NCBI GenBank assembly: GCA_049287025.1 | Contig: JBAQFA010000009.1 | Coordinates: 24,802-88,801, forward strand | Length of the DNA stretch: 64,000 nucleotides | Source: Candidatus Magasanikiibacteriota bacterium | GTDB taxonomy: Bacteria; Patescibacteriota; Patescibacteriia; Magasanikbacterales; UBA922 | Reading direction: 5' to 3' | Shown here: piece after piece, positions 44,489-53,626 of the stretch | Layout: the number at the start of each line of letters is the position of its first letter | How positions within the stretch are numbered: position 1 is the first letter of the stretch | The notes under the pieces: model-generated | What the model was told of the DNA's origin: nothing | The model's database searches: none | The model's input: the letters and a program-made list of their open reading frames with translations, nothing else | Translations under genes and position numbers: made by a program

Positions 44489-47476
44489 ATGTCTGAAATC
44501 AAACCAAAACGTCGAGTTTATGGTTATACCAATAATCATGATGAAAAAATTAACAAAATAGTTCATGGTTATAACAAACCTGTACAGACTAAAATTAATC
44601 ATCCTAATAATAAAAAATGGCTAAAAATAGCAGTTTTACCTTTTCTTGTTATTGGATGGATATTCAAATTTTTGTGGTTTTTGTGGACAAAAAGACCAAG
44701 ATTGTCTCAATCAATAAAGAAAAAACTGCGCGCTAAATTGGGCTGGGTGATTTTAACATGTATAGTAATAGGATTTTTATTAGCGACTATTTTGGTAGCT
44801 TGGGCAAGTAAAGATTTACCTGACCCAGACAAATTGACCGACAGAAAAGTGGCCCAGAGTACCAAAATTTATGATCGAACGGGGGAACATATCCTCTATG
44901 AGGTGTTTGCTGATCAAAAAAGAACCATGGTGACATTGGATAAGATTCCTAAAAATTTAGTTAATGGTGTAATTGCTACTGAAGACAGTCAATTTTATGA
45001 GCACCATGGCGTTAGAATTACTAGTTTTATTCGCGCAGTTGTATACGGTGTGTTTACTAGCAAACAAATTGGTGGGACTTCTACTCTTACTCAACAATTG
45101 GTAAAGAACGCGATTTTAACCACAGAAAGAAGTTATATAAGAAAGTTAAAAGAAATAATTTTGTCTTTGCGTTTGGAACAAAAATATAGTAAAGACCAAA
45201 TTTTACAGATTTATTTTAATGAAATTCCTTATGGTTCTACCAACTATGGTGTACAGTCAGCGGCGCATAGTTATTTTGGTAAAGATGTTTCAGAATTAAA
45301 TCTCCAAGAATGTGCTACTTTGGCTGGTTTGCCACAAGCCCCCTCTCGTTTTCTTGGTGATCCAGAAGCTTTAAAACAACGTCGAGATTTTGTTTTGGGT
45401 AGAATGTTTGCCGAAGGCTATATTACCGAAGAAGAAAAAAACAAGGCTCAAGCTGAACCAATAACTTTGGAAAAAAGATTTGGAGAAATTAAAGCGCCAC
45501 ATTTTGTTTTGTATGTACGTCAACAATTGGTAGATATGTATGGTGAACAGACCGTAGATACTGGTGGATTAAAAGTTTATACCACTTTGGATTGGGGAAA
45601 ACAAGAATCAGCCGAAAAAGCGGTGAAAGAACAATCAGAAAAATTATTTGAAGCGGCTAAAGCTAATAATGCGTCTTTGGTAGCACTAGATCCAAAGACT
45701 GGTCAAGTATTGGCCATGGTGGGCTCGCGTGATTTTTATGATGACAGTATTAGTGGACAGTTCAATGTTGCCACTTTGGGCAAGCGTCAGCCTGGGTCTT
45801 CATTCAAACCAATTATTTATACGGCCGCTTTTGAAAAAGGTTATACTCCAGATACTTTGTTGTGGGATGTAAAAACTAATTTTGCGGTGTCAGGTAATTC
45901 TTATGAACCACAAAATTATGATTTGAAAGAACGTGGACCAGTGAGAATGCGCGAAGCTTTGCAAGGTTCTTTGAACATCCCCGCTGTTCAAACCTTATAT
46001 TTAGTTGGCGCAAAAAAAGGCGTAGAGTTTGCCGAACGATTGGGTTACACCACCCTTAGTGAAGGTGAATTTGGTTTGTCTCTAGTCTTGGGTGGTGGTG
46101 AAGTAAAATTGATTGAACATACCAATGCTTTTGCTGTGTTTGCTAATAATGGTGTAAAACAGAATTATAATAGTATTATGAAAGTGGAGGACAATGACGG
46201 AGGAATTTTGTATGAATGGAAACAAAAAAAAGGTGAGCGGATTTTGGATGAAAAAATTTCAGCGACAATTTCTAATGTACTTAGTGATGATGAAGCTAGA
46301 GCATCTGTTTTTGGTGCGGGCGGAGTTCTTACTTTACCCGATAGAAAAGTAGCCGTAAAAACTGGTACGACAAATAACTATGTGGATGCTTGGACAGTTG
46401 GGTATACGCCAAATTTGGTTGCCGGAGTTTGGGTGGGTAGAACAGACAATAAACCAATGAATAAAGGTGATGGTGGTAGTAGATTGGCGGCGCCGATTTG
46501 GAAACAATTTATGGTGGATGCTTTGAAAGATATGCCTATAGAAAATTTTCCTGACATGCCAGCCAATGATGCCCAAAAACCAATTTTGCGTGGTTCAATT
46601 GGCGGGGGTATTACTTTGCCGATTGATAAAATTACGGGCAAGATTGCCACTAGTTCAACACCACAACAATATATTGTAGAGAGAAAATATTTACCAGCTC
46701 ATTCTATACTATATTATGTAAATAAAGATGACCCACGCGGAGATCCACCACAAAACCCTAGTGATGATCCACAATATGCCATTTGGGAACAGGCAATTCA
46801 AGATTGGGTAGCGAGAAAAAAAGCTGAGAATCCAGATTGGAGTATTAGTTTTGAAGAACCACCGACTGAATATGATGATCTTCATTCTTTGGAACAAGCG
46901 CCGACTTTGGAAATTATTTATCCACAAGTTAGTAGCACACTTTATTCTCGACAATTGGATACAGATATACGAGCGACAGCGGAGCGCGGAGTAAGTAAAG
47001 TGAGTTATAAAATTGATGATAAAAATATTGCCACGATAAAAGATTATCCATTTAATCTTAGTTATAATTTGCGCGAGTTTGCCCCGGGTTGGCATACTTT
47101 GACTGTGACAGTGGAAGATGATATTGGTAATCGACGACAAGAACAGGTGCCATTCAATCTAGATGCCGAAGAAGAACCACCAGCAATTTATTTTTCTGAA
47201 AAAGATATAACACTCCAGGCCAGTGATTTTCCTCGGACATTTTTTATGAACCATTTTCGGATTAATGAAATTAGCGCCGTGGCAATTTACAAAAGACAAA
47301 ATGACAATAATACTCTGATTGCTAGTGTAAATGATTTTTCTAATTTGTTTAATAATCAAGTAATGTTTAGATGGGACGAAACGCCAGCGCCAGGGGAGTA
47401 TGAATTAATTGCGGAAATAAAATTGAAAGATGGAAGTGTGAGGGAGAGTGGAAGACTCCACGTTGTTATTGAATAA
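44489..47476 (+). CDS. Class A penicillin-binding protein (transglycosylase/transpeptidase) with long C-terminal extension
   Basis: The GT51 motifs are ATEDSQFYEHHG and GGSTLTQQLVKN. The transpeptidase motifs are SSFKP, SLN and KTGTT. A ~300-aa extra C-terminal beta-rich region follows. Confidence 0.9.
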   Translation: MSEIKPKRRVYGYTNNHDEKINKIVHGYNKPVQTKINHPNNKKWLKIAVLPFLVIGWIFKFLWFLWTKRPRLSQSIKKKLRAKLGWVILTCIVIGFLLATILVAWASKDLPDPDKLTDRKVAQSTKIYDRTGEHILYEVFADQKRTMVTLDKIPKNLVNGVIATEDSQFYEHHGVRITSFIRAVVYGVFTSKQIGGTSTLTQQLVKNAILTTERSYIRKLKEIILSLRLEQKYSKDQILQIYFNEIPYGSTNYGVQSAAHSYFGKDVSELNLQECATLAGLPQAPSRFLGDPEALKQRRDFVLGRMFAEGYITEEEKNKAQAEPITLEKRFGEIKAPHFVLYVRQQLVDMYGEQTVDTGGLKVYTTLDWGKQESAEKAVKEQSEKLFEAAKANNASLVALDPKTGQVLAMVGSRDFYDDSISGQFNVATLGKRQPGSSFKPIIYTAAFEKGYTPDTLLWDVKTNFAVSGNSYEPQNYDLKERGPVRMREALQGSLNIPAVQTLYLVGAKKGVEFAERLGYTTLSEGEFGLSLVLGGGEVKLIEHTNAFAVFANNGVKQNYNSIMKVEDNDGGILYEWKQKKGERILDEKISATISNVLSDDEARASVFGAGGVLTLPDRKVAVKTGTTNNYVDAWTVGYTPNLVAGVWVGRTDNKPMNKGDGGSRLAAPIWKQFMVDALKDMPIENFPDMPANDAQKPILRGSIGGGITLPIDKITGKIATSSTPQQYIVERKYLPAHSILYYVNKDDPRGDPPQNPSDDPQYAIWEQAIQDWVARKKAENPDWSISFEEPPTEYDDLHSLEQAPTLEIIYPQVSSTLYSRQLDTDIRATAERGVSKVSYKIDDKNIATIKDYPFNLSYNLREFAPGWHTLTVTVEDDIGNRRQEQVPFNLDAEEEPPAIYFSEKDITLQASDFPRTFFMNHFRINEISAVAIYKRQNDNNTLIASVNDFSNLFNNQVMFRWDETPAPGEYELIAEIKLKDGSVRESGRLHVVIE

Positions 47477-47676
47477 TTTTTGGTTTGATGACTGTTTACG
47501 TACTAATTACGAAACTTACGAATCTACGAAACTACCATTGTTAAATTGCCACATTGTTAAATTGTTAATGATACACACAGAAGAAAGTCTGTTAATGTAA
47601 ATTTTACGGAAATTAAACAAAAAATCCCTTCCTAAATGGTTGGGATTTTTTTGTCTCGTTTGTCGACAAGTCGAGA

Positions 47677-47702
47677 TGCCGAGCTCACGCGCCGGCCTAC
47701 GC
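47677..47702 (-). repeat. Cassette 3' motif copy (minus strand)
   Basis: The reverse complement GCGTAGGCCGGCGCGTGAGCTCGGCA is an exact match to the copy at 31793. On the minus strand it is followed by the terminator hairpin atccc...gggat and a T-run (about 47615-47652). Confidence 0.85.
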
Positions 47703-47784
47703 CTATTTAATCCATAGATGGAGTGCCACTTTTGAATGTGTGTGGCGCACAGTGAAGAGGTGTGGAACAAGCCGGCCATGTTTA

Positions 47785-48228
47785 TCAGATTTTGAATTCC
47801 TGATAAATCCTGGCCAGCACCTTTGCAGCCGTATGAACTCGTTCCAGGATGTTCGTGAGTGCGTCGGAGAATTCGTGCCACTCCCAGACAGTCTCTTCCC
47901 CGTCACTTTTCAGGTTGTAGCTACCCATCATGGCGGCAAACACTTGGTAGGCGTTAACGCTTCGGCCTGTTTTTTCCCCACGCAGTATACTGCCGTGTAT
48001 GTGTTGCGCGTAGTTTTCAAGCCACTCAACCAAATCTTCGTTCCCCTCTATTTTCTGTAGAAGCTGGTCTGCGATTTGATCAACGCTTTCCTTACAACAC
48101 TCTTCATCTGCGTCAAGTCGTAAGTACAGGCAAACGATGGCGATCAGATTGGGTGGAAGGTCATAGCATCCCTCAGGATAAGTCCTGAGCATAGGCTCGC
48201 CTTCTCCCCAGCTAGAAAGGTAGAGCAT
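47785..48228 (-). CDS. Unknown-function acidic helical protein (cassette 5, ORF b)
   Basis: AGGAGG lies 6 nt upstream of the ATG at 48228. 147 aa. I recognise no family. Confidence 0.6.
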   Translation of the reverse strand: MLYLSSWGEGEPMLRTYPEGCYDLPPNLIAIVCLYLRLDADEECCKESVDQIADQLLQKIEGNEDLVEWLENYAQHIHGSILRGEKTGRSVNAYQVFAAMMGSYNLKSDGEETVWEWHEFSDALTNILERVHTAAKVLARIYQEFKI

Positions 48229-48257
48229 CACTCACCTCCTTGTTTACAAAGAACGTT

Positions 48258-48294
48258 GTCCAACTTTCGAGGTACATCCTCGATTGTCAGAACT
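48258..48294 (-). promoter_or_regulatory. Conserved cassette 5' leader copy (AGTTCTGACAATCGAGGATGTACCTCGAAAGTTGGACA)
   Basis: This is the third copy of the leader, at an internal (intercistronic) position. The hairpin is TCGAGG-atgta-CCTCGA. Confidence 0.7.
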
Positions 48295-48385
48295 TCCTCC
48301 ATCTTTATACAAAAAATATTTTGGACAAAGATGGAAGGCCCGGCGCTTTGTTGACGCGCGGCCGGGCGAAGCGTGGCGGAGTGTG
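48295..48385 (-). repeat. Inter-cassette junction, short version
   Basis: On the minus strand, the GC hairpin gcccggc...gccgggc occupies the place of the 3' motif. The AT hairpin ccatctttgtccaaaatattttttgtataaagatgg (48334-48299) follows and is nearly identical to 33364-33402. It then runs straight into AGTTCTGAC. Confidence 0.7.
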
Positions 48386-48652
48386 TTACTCCTTGGGTGT
48401 GGAGAGGTGGAGAAAGTGGCGGATTTTTTGCCAGAAGATTTTGTTGGCTTCTATTCCGGCTTCCTTTTTCGCTCGAGCCTCCCTGATGCCCTTGTTCCTT
48501 TCGAGGCCACACTGGGGGCAGTAGGACATGTGAGGTAAGAGTTCATTTCCACACAGGCATTGTGGAAGAGCAACTCTCTTTACACCACAATATTGACAGA
48601 ACTCTGAGTATCCCACGTGACTACACATCGGGCACAGCCTACTCTCAAGCAT
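48386..48652 (-). CDS. Double zinc-ribbon protein (cassette 5, ORF a)
   Basis: GGAGG lies 5 nt upstream of the ATG at 48652, and the TTG at 48685 from the ORF track would fall inside the conserved leader. CPMCSH...CQYCG and CLCG...CPQCG form two Cys4 ribbons. The C-terminal tail is basic. Confidence 0.65.
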   Translation of the reverse strand: MLESRLCPMCSHVGYSEFCQYCGVKRVALPQCLCGNELLPHMSYCPQCGLERNKGIREARAKKEAGIEANKIFWQKIRHFLHLSTPKE

Positions 48653-48678
48653 TTCTTCCTCCAGAGTGTAAGGAATTT

Positions 48679-48718
48679 CGTCCAACTTTCGAGGCCCATC
48701 CTCGATCGTCAGAACAAG
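48679..48718 (-). promoter_or_regulatory. Conserved cassette 5' leader copy
   Basis: The reverse complement is CTTGTTCTGACGATCGAGGATGGGCCTCGAAAGTTGGACG. Confidence 0.7.
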
Positions 48719-48720
48719 GA

Positions 48721-48749
48721 ATTGTAGATTATTTATGAGTAATTGTCAA
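48721..48749 (-). promoter_or_regulatory. Promoter of GC-rich cassette 5
   Basis: The reverse complement reads TTGACA (48749-48744), a 17-nt spacer, then TACAAT (48726-48721). TAAGTAGTTC at 48753-48762 also occurs at 31193-31202. Confidence 0.55.
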
Positions 48750-48974
48750 GATTAAGTAGTTCAAAAATGTATATAAAATAGGCTAAAATAAGCTAAATAA
48801 TTATTAACACATATAATTTTGTCGGGATGATTTGACATATATTGTTATATATGTTATATTAGTTATGGTTTAAAACATTATTTTGTTTGCTAAAGTGGTT
48901 AATTGTAGGAAAGATTCACCCTTCGGGTATCTTCGACCTCTCCGCCAGTCGGCGGATCGGAATGAACTAAAAAA

Positions 48975-49763
48975 ATGGAAAAAAATAATTTAGAAAAATT
49001 AATAGATTTGGGTCTACAAGAAAATGAAGCCAAAATATATTTGGCTTTGTTGGAATTGGGAAAAGGCAATGTGACCGAAATTAGTCGGCGCGCAGGATTG
49101 AACCGGACGACGGGTTATGATATTTTGGAACGTCTTGGTTTACATGGTATGGTGAACCGCGCCAGAGTGGGTAGTAAAAAAATTATTTATGTGGCCGAAC
49201 CGCCATCACATTTGCGTCAGTACTTGGAAGACAAAAAACGCGCCATGGAAAGACGGATGGAAGAATTAAATGATTTGTTGCCAGATTTGCAATCACTTTA
49301 TAAAACTGATATTAAACCAGTTATAAAATTTGCCGAAGGGAAAAGTGAAATGCAAAAATTGTATTTGAATGTTTTGGATGCGAAGAGTGAAGTTTATTCA
49401 ATTCTTAATTTAAAAGGTTATGCCGAAGTTTTTGATGAACTGGGTGCTTATCAATCCAAAGAACGACATAAAAAAGGCATAAAAGAAAAAGTTTTGGCTA
49501 TAAAAAATGATACCGCTCTGTGGTGGTATAATAAAACTTATAAAAATAAAACTGCCAAGGATAAAAAGTTAACCGAATATCGCTGGCTAGAAGATGCGGA
49601 AAAGTATTCTACCGCCGGAGAAGTAAATATTTTTGATGATAAAGTAATTGGTGTATTATCCAAACCAAGTGAAAATGTGGCATTTGAAATTCAATCACAG
49701 ACATTTGCGGATTTTTTGAAATTAGTTTTTGAAATGGCGTGGAAGAATAGTGAACAAAAATAA
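48975..49763 (+). CDS. TrmB-family wHTH transcriptional regulator (paralog 5)
   Basis: LGLQENEAKIYLALLELGKGNVTEISRRAGLNRTTGYDILERLGLHGMV. It is homologous to paralogs 3 and 4 and divergent from cassette 5. Confidence 0.85.
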   Translation: MEKNNLEKLIDLGLQENEAKIYLALLELGKGNVTEISRRAGLNRTTGYDILERLGLHGMVNRARVGSKKIIYVAEPPSHLRQYLEDKKRAMERRMEELNDLLPDLQSLYKTDIKPVIKFAEGKSEMQKLYLNVLDAKSEVYSILNLKGYAEVFDELGAYQSKERHKKGIKEKVLAIKNDTALWWYNKTYKNKTAKDKKLTEYRWLEDAEKYSTAGEVNIFDDKVIGVLSKPSENVAFEIQSQTFADFLKLVFEMAWKNSEQK

Positions 49764-49908
49764 AATAATAATTGTACATAAATTTTACGAAAATTAAACA
49801 AAAATTTTACAAATCATTTTAACAAATTTATAAAATATTAATACAATTCTAAATATAAAAAAGATTAATTTGTTTTGTTAAATTTATTTTATTTTTAATT
49901 TAGGGGGT

Positions 49909-52900
49909 ATGAAATATAAAATGCCTGTCCGCAATGTATTTCGCATTTTAGCGAATAAAGGCGGGTCTGTCATAATATCCATATTTTTTGTTATGGGTAT
50001 TTTTTTAATTATCAATTTAGCACGATCGGAAAATACTGATATTGTGATAAATGAAATTTGCCCCACCGGTTGTGCCGTGTCTGGTCACCAGTGGATTGAA
50101 ATATATAATAAAGGGGATGTTGCGGTTGATTTGAGTGGTTGGAAATTTTGGGAAGGAGAAACAAACCATGGATTAGATATTTCATCATCTAGTTTGGAAC
50201 AAGATTTTTTAATTGAACCAGGAGAATATGCCATTATTGCCCAAAATGATTTGTATTTTTTTGAGGATCATCCAGATGTTACATCCACTATATTTGATAG
50301 TTCGTGGGGAACATTGAATAAGGGTGGGGAATTGATTGGAATGAAAGATAATAATGGTGATTTGTTAGAAGAATTTATATATAAAGCAATTAATAATTTT
50401 TCTTTAGAAAGAAAAGATGCTAATGAATTAATTACAGATGAAAATAATTGGCTAGAACATCCAGATAGTAATTCTGTGGGCCAAGTAAATTATTGGAGTG
50501 GGTACACGGATGACACAGGACACGGAGATACGGAAGATGAGGAGGACACGGAAGATGATGGAGATACAGAGGGCGATGATGAAACAACGACATCTACTCC
50601 ACCCATTGCCACTTCAACTGATGCGGTTTTAGTTATAAATGAATTTGTCAGTGATCCAGATGAAGGACAAAATGAGTGGATTGAATTATATAATATTGGC
50701 ACTTCTACTATTGATTTGGATGGTTGGACATTGTCTGATGGAGTTGGAGTGATATCTTCACCAACTGGTACGATTGATGCTAATGGATTTTTTGTGATTG
50801 AATTATCTTCAACCAAACTAAATAATTCTGGAGATATTATAATTTTAAAAAATTTAAATGAAGAAACAGTTGATCAGGTGTGTTTTGGTAATTGGATTGA
50901 AGGTTGTTTACCCGAAGCGACCAGTGCTCCAGACAAAGGCAATTCTATTGCTAGAATTGTTGACGGCGGGGATACAAATAATGATAAAAATGATTGGCAA
51001 GAAACAACTACGCTGACAAAGGGTTTAATTAATATAATTACTGCACCAGTGGTCAATCCACCGCCATCGGGTGGTGGTGGCGGAGGAGGTGGAACAGAAA
51101 TTGTTTATTATAATGCCGGGGAAATTATTATTAATGAAATTAATTCTGATCCAGGCGATGGTGAAGATGAATTTGTTGAATTGTATAATAAAACTAGTGA
51201 TAGTATTAGTTTGGACAATTGGTGGCTAGAAGATGGGAGCGAAACCAAAACAAAATTAAGTGGCAGTATTAATGCTCGTGGTTTTTTTGTAATAGAAAAA
51301 CCGAGTGGCAATCTAAACAATGCTGGAGATTTGTTAGCCTTATTTTCTCCAGATGGTAAAGAAATTGACAAAGTATCTTATGGTACATGGGATGATGGTA
51401 ATATAAATGATAACGCCCCAGCCCCAGAAGATCCATTAAGTCTAGTGCGTAAAGTGGATGGTCAGGATTCGGATAATGATTACTATGATTTTGTTTTAAC
51501 TTCATCTATTACCAAAGGCAAGAGTAATAAAATTTCTGCCGTGTTGGAAGATGGAGAAATTTTGGAACAAATAATTGGTTCTAGTAAAATTATTCTTAAT
51601 GAAATTTTTCCCAATCCAAAAGCGAGTGACAATGATGAAGAATTTATTGAATTAAAAAATATTGGAGAAGAAACAGTGAATCTAAAAGATTGGCAATTGA
51701 GTGATTCAACCGCTAGAAAATATAAAATTACCCAAGGCAGTATTCCGGCTGGTGGTTATATAGTTTTTAAACGCATTATGACGGGTATTGCTCTTAATAA
51801 TACTGGCGGGGAAGAAATAAAATTATTTTTACCTAGTGGTAGTTTGGTTGATAGTGTAAAATATTCTGGTAGTGCAGATGATAATATTTCTTATGCGCAA
51901 CTGGAAGATGGTGGTTGGAAATGGACTACAAAATTAACTCCAGGCAAGGATAATATTATTGAAGGTAAAGCAGCTTTGCCAATAATTTCGATTGATGTAG
52001 ATACAGAAGTGGCTGTAGGTGAGTCAGTGGTTTTTGATGCGTCAGACACGACTGATCCAGATGGTGAGAAGATGACTTTTGTTTGGAATTTTGGTGATGG
52101 CGAAGACGATACTGGTGATGTGGTGGAACATAGTTTTAATACCGAGGGAGTCTATACTGTAATTTTAAATGTGACAAATAAAAATGGAGCAATAGCAGAA
52201 AAGAAAATAATTATTACGGTAAAAAATAAATTAAGTTTTGTGGGTGGTTATTATCAAGCTGATGATGTAAGTAAGATTGAAATTTCAGAAATTTTACCCA
52301 ATCCTATAGGCAGTGATACTACGGAATTTGTTGAATTGTATAATCCGACTGATAAGGATATTGATTTGGGTGGAATAAAAATTGATGATGAAGAAGGTGG
52401 TTCACGTGCTTATACTATTCCAGATAAGACAATTATTCCTGCCGGTGTTTATCTAGTATTCGGTCGACAAGATACAAAACTAGCCTTGAATAATACGAGT
52501 GATTCAGTTCGTTTATTATATCCAGATGGGACAATTTTTAAAGAAGTAAGATTTGATGATGTGTCTGAAGGGGCAAGTTATATCCAAGATGAGAATGATA
52601 GTTGGCAATGGACAAGCGCAATTACTCCTGGTGAAGAAAATATTGATACTTTGGTAGTGGAAAAGGCAACTACTAGAACACTGAGTAAATCAAAAGGAAT
52701 AAAACCAATAATTAATACCACTTTGGAAAAATTGCGCGATGAAGATATTGGTGACAAAGTAAGAGTGACTGGGGTCGTGGCTGTAGAACCAGGAGTTTTG
52801 GCTTCACAGTATTTTTACATTGTCGGTTCACCAGGCGTACAGGTGTATATGTACAAAAAAGATTTCCCTGATTTAAAAGTGGGAGATAGGATTGAAATTA

Positions 52901-53469
52901 GTGGAGAAATTTCCGAGAGTTATGGTAATACCAGAATAAAATTAGCCAGCAAAGATGATATTAAAAAGATTGATCACCCGGGTGATCCAGAGCCATTGAT
53001 AGTGGAAGTGGCCGATGTGCAAGAACAGATGGAAGGCTGGCTCGTGCAAGTGAGTGGAGAAGTTACAGAAATAAAAGGTTCATATATGTATGTGGACGAT
53101 GGGACTGAGGAGGTACAAGTTTATTTTAAACGTGGAGCCAATATTAATAAAAAGATTTATCAAGTGGGGGATATAGTAAATGTAAAAGGTTTGGTGGCAC
53201 AAACAAAAGCGGGGTATCAGATTTTACCACGGTCGCAAAGTGATATAGAAAAAACAGGCGTAGCCGAAGATGCTGTGATCCAGATTGCGGCGAGTGAAGA
53301 AGAAGGAAAAAAAGAAGTAGCGGAAAAATATTTAACAGCTACGGCTGGTGGATTGACTTCACTTTTGTTTGGTTTGTTTGCCAAAGCACGAGGAAAAATG
53401 GCTTTGGGTTTTGTAAAAAAAGTTGGCGTGGTGGCAGTGGATGTCATAAAGAGGAGGACGAAAGGGTAA
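49909..53469 (+). CDS. Giant surface protein: multiple lamin-tail-domain (LTD)-like repeats + PKD-like domain + OB-fold-like region + C-terminal TM anchor
   Basis: There are five repeats of the pattern (V/I)INE(I/F)...EF(I/V)ELYN...(I/V)(D/S)L.GW.L.D. The PKD-like segment is FDASDTTDPDGEKMTFVWNFGDG. A poly-Gly linker is present, and N- and C-terminal hydrophobic segments flank the protein. Confidence 0.75.
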   Translation: MKYKMPVRNVFRILANKGGSVIISIFFVMGIFLIINLARSENTDIVINEICPTGCAVSGHQWIEIYNKGDVAVDLSGWKFWEGETNHGLDISSSSLEQDFLIEPGEYAIIAQNDLYFFEDHPDVTSTIFDSSWGTLNKGGELIGMKDNNGDLLEEFIYKAINNFSLERKDANELITDENNWLEHPDSNSVGQVNYWSGYTDDTGHGDTEDEEDTEDDGDTEGDDETTTSTPPIATSTDAVLVINEFVSDPDEGQNEWIELYNIGTSTIDLDGWTLSDGVGVISSPTGTIDANGFFVIELSSTKLNNSGDIIILKNLNEETVDQVCFGNWIEGCLPEATSAPDKGNSIARIVDGGDTNNDKNDWQETTTLTKGLINIITAPVVNPPPSGGGGGGGGTEIVYYNAGEIIINEINSDPGDGEDEFVELYNKTSDSISLDNWWLEDGSETKTKLSGSINARGFFVIEKPSGNLNNAGDLLALFSPDGKEIDKVSYGTWDDGNINDNAPAPEDPLSLVRKVDGQDSDNDYYDFVLTSSITKGKSNKISAVLEDGEILEQIIGSSKIILNEIFPNPKASDNDEEFIELKNIGEETVNLKDWQLSDSTARKYKITQGSIPAGGYIVFKRIMTGIALNNTGGEEIKLFLPSGSLVDSVKYSGSADDNISYAQLEDGGWKWTTKLTPGKDNIIEGKAALPIISIDVDTEVAVGESVVFDASDTTDPDGEKMTFVWNFGDGEDDTGDVVEHSFNTEGVYTVILNVTNKNGAIAEKKIIITVKNKLSFVGGYYQADDVSKIEISEILPNPIGSDTTEFVELYNPTDKDIDLGGIKIDDEEGGSRAYTIPDKTIIPAGVYLVFGRQDTKLALNNTSDSVRLLYPDGTIFKEVRFDDVSEGASYIQDENDSWQWTSAITPGEENIDTLVVEKATTRTLSKSKGIKPIINTTLEKLRDEDIGDKVRVTGVVAVEPGVLASQYFYIVGSPGVQVYMYKKDFPDLKVGDRIEISGEISESYGNTRIKLASKDDIKKIDHPGDPEPLIVEVADVQEQMEGWLVQVSGEVTEIKGSYMYVDDGTEEVQVYFKRGANINKKIYQVGDIVNVKGLVAQTKAGYQILPRSQSDIEKTGVAEDAVIQIAASEEEGKKEVAEKYLTATAGGLTSLLFGLFAKARGKMALGFVKKVGVVAVDVIKRRTKG

Positions 53470-53547
53470 AAAACTCACCCCCTAACCCCCTCTCTTAAAA
53501 ATAGAGGGGGGAAAAAGACAAAATCAAAAAAATTTGCTATAATGTAA

Positions 53548-53626
53548 ACAATATACAAAATACAAATAATAATATTAAAAAATATTTTGTATTTTGTTAC
53601 GTGTATATTGTATTTTGTTTTTATGG
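53548..53626. repeat. Palindromic AT-rich element, second copy
   Basis: tgtatattgtattttgtttttatgg (53602-53626) matches 28156-28180 at 24 of 25 positions. The nested inverted arms acaatataca / tgtatattgt and acaaaatacaaa / tttgtattttgt are present. Confidence 0.65.

Noticed and set aside
12575-48685. N-terminal extensions offered by the ORF track for cassette ORFs (starts at 12575, 29279, 31281, 32940, 33445, 34283, 48231, 48685).
   Set aside because: These use GTG or TTG codons, lack an RBS, and in several cases would translate the conserved leader. Internal ATGs preceded by GGAGG at 4-6 nt are far better supported.
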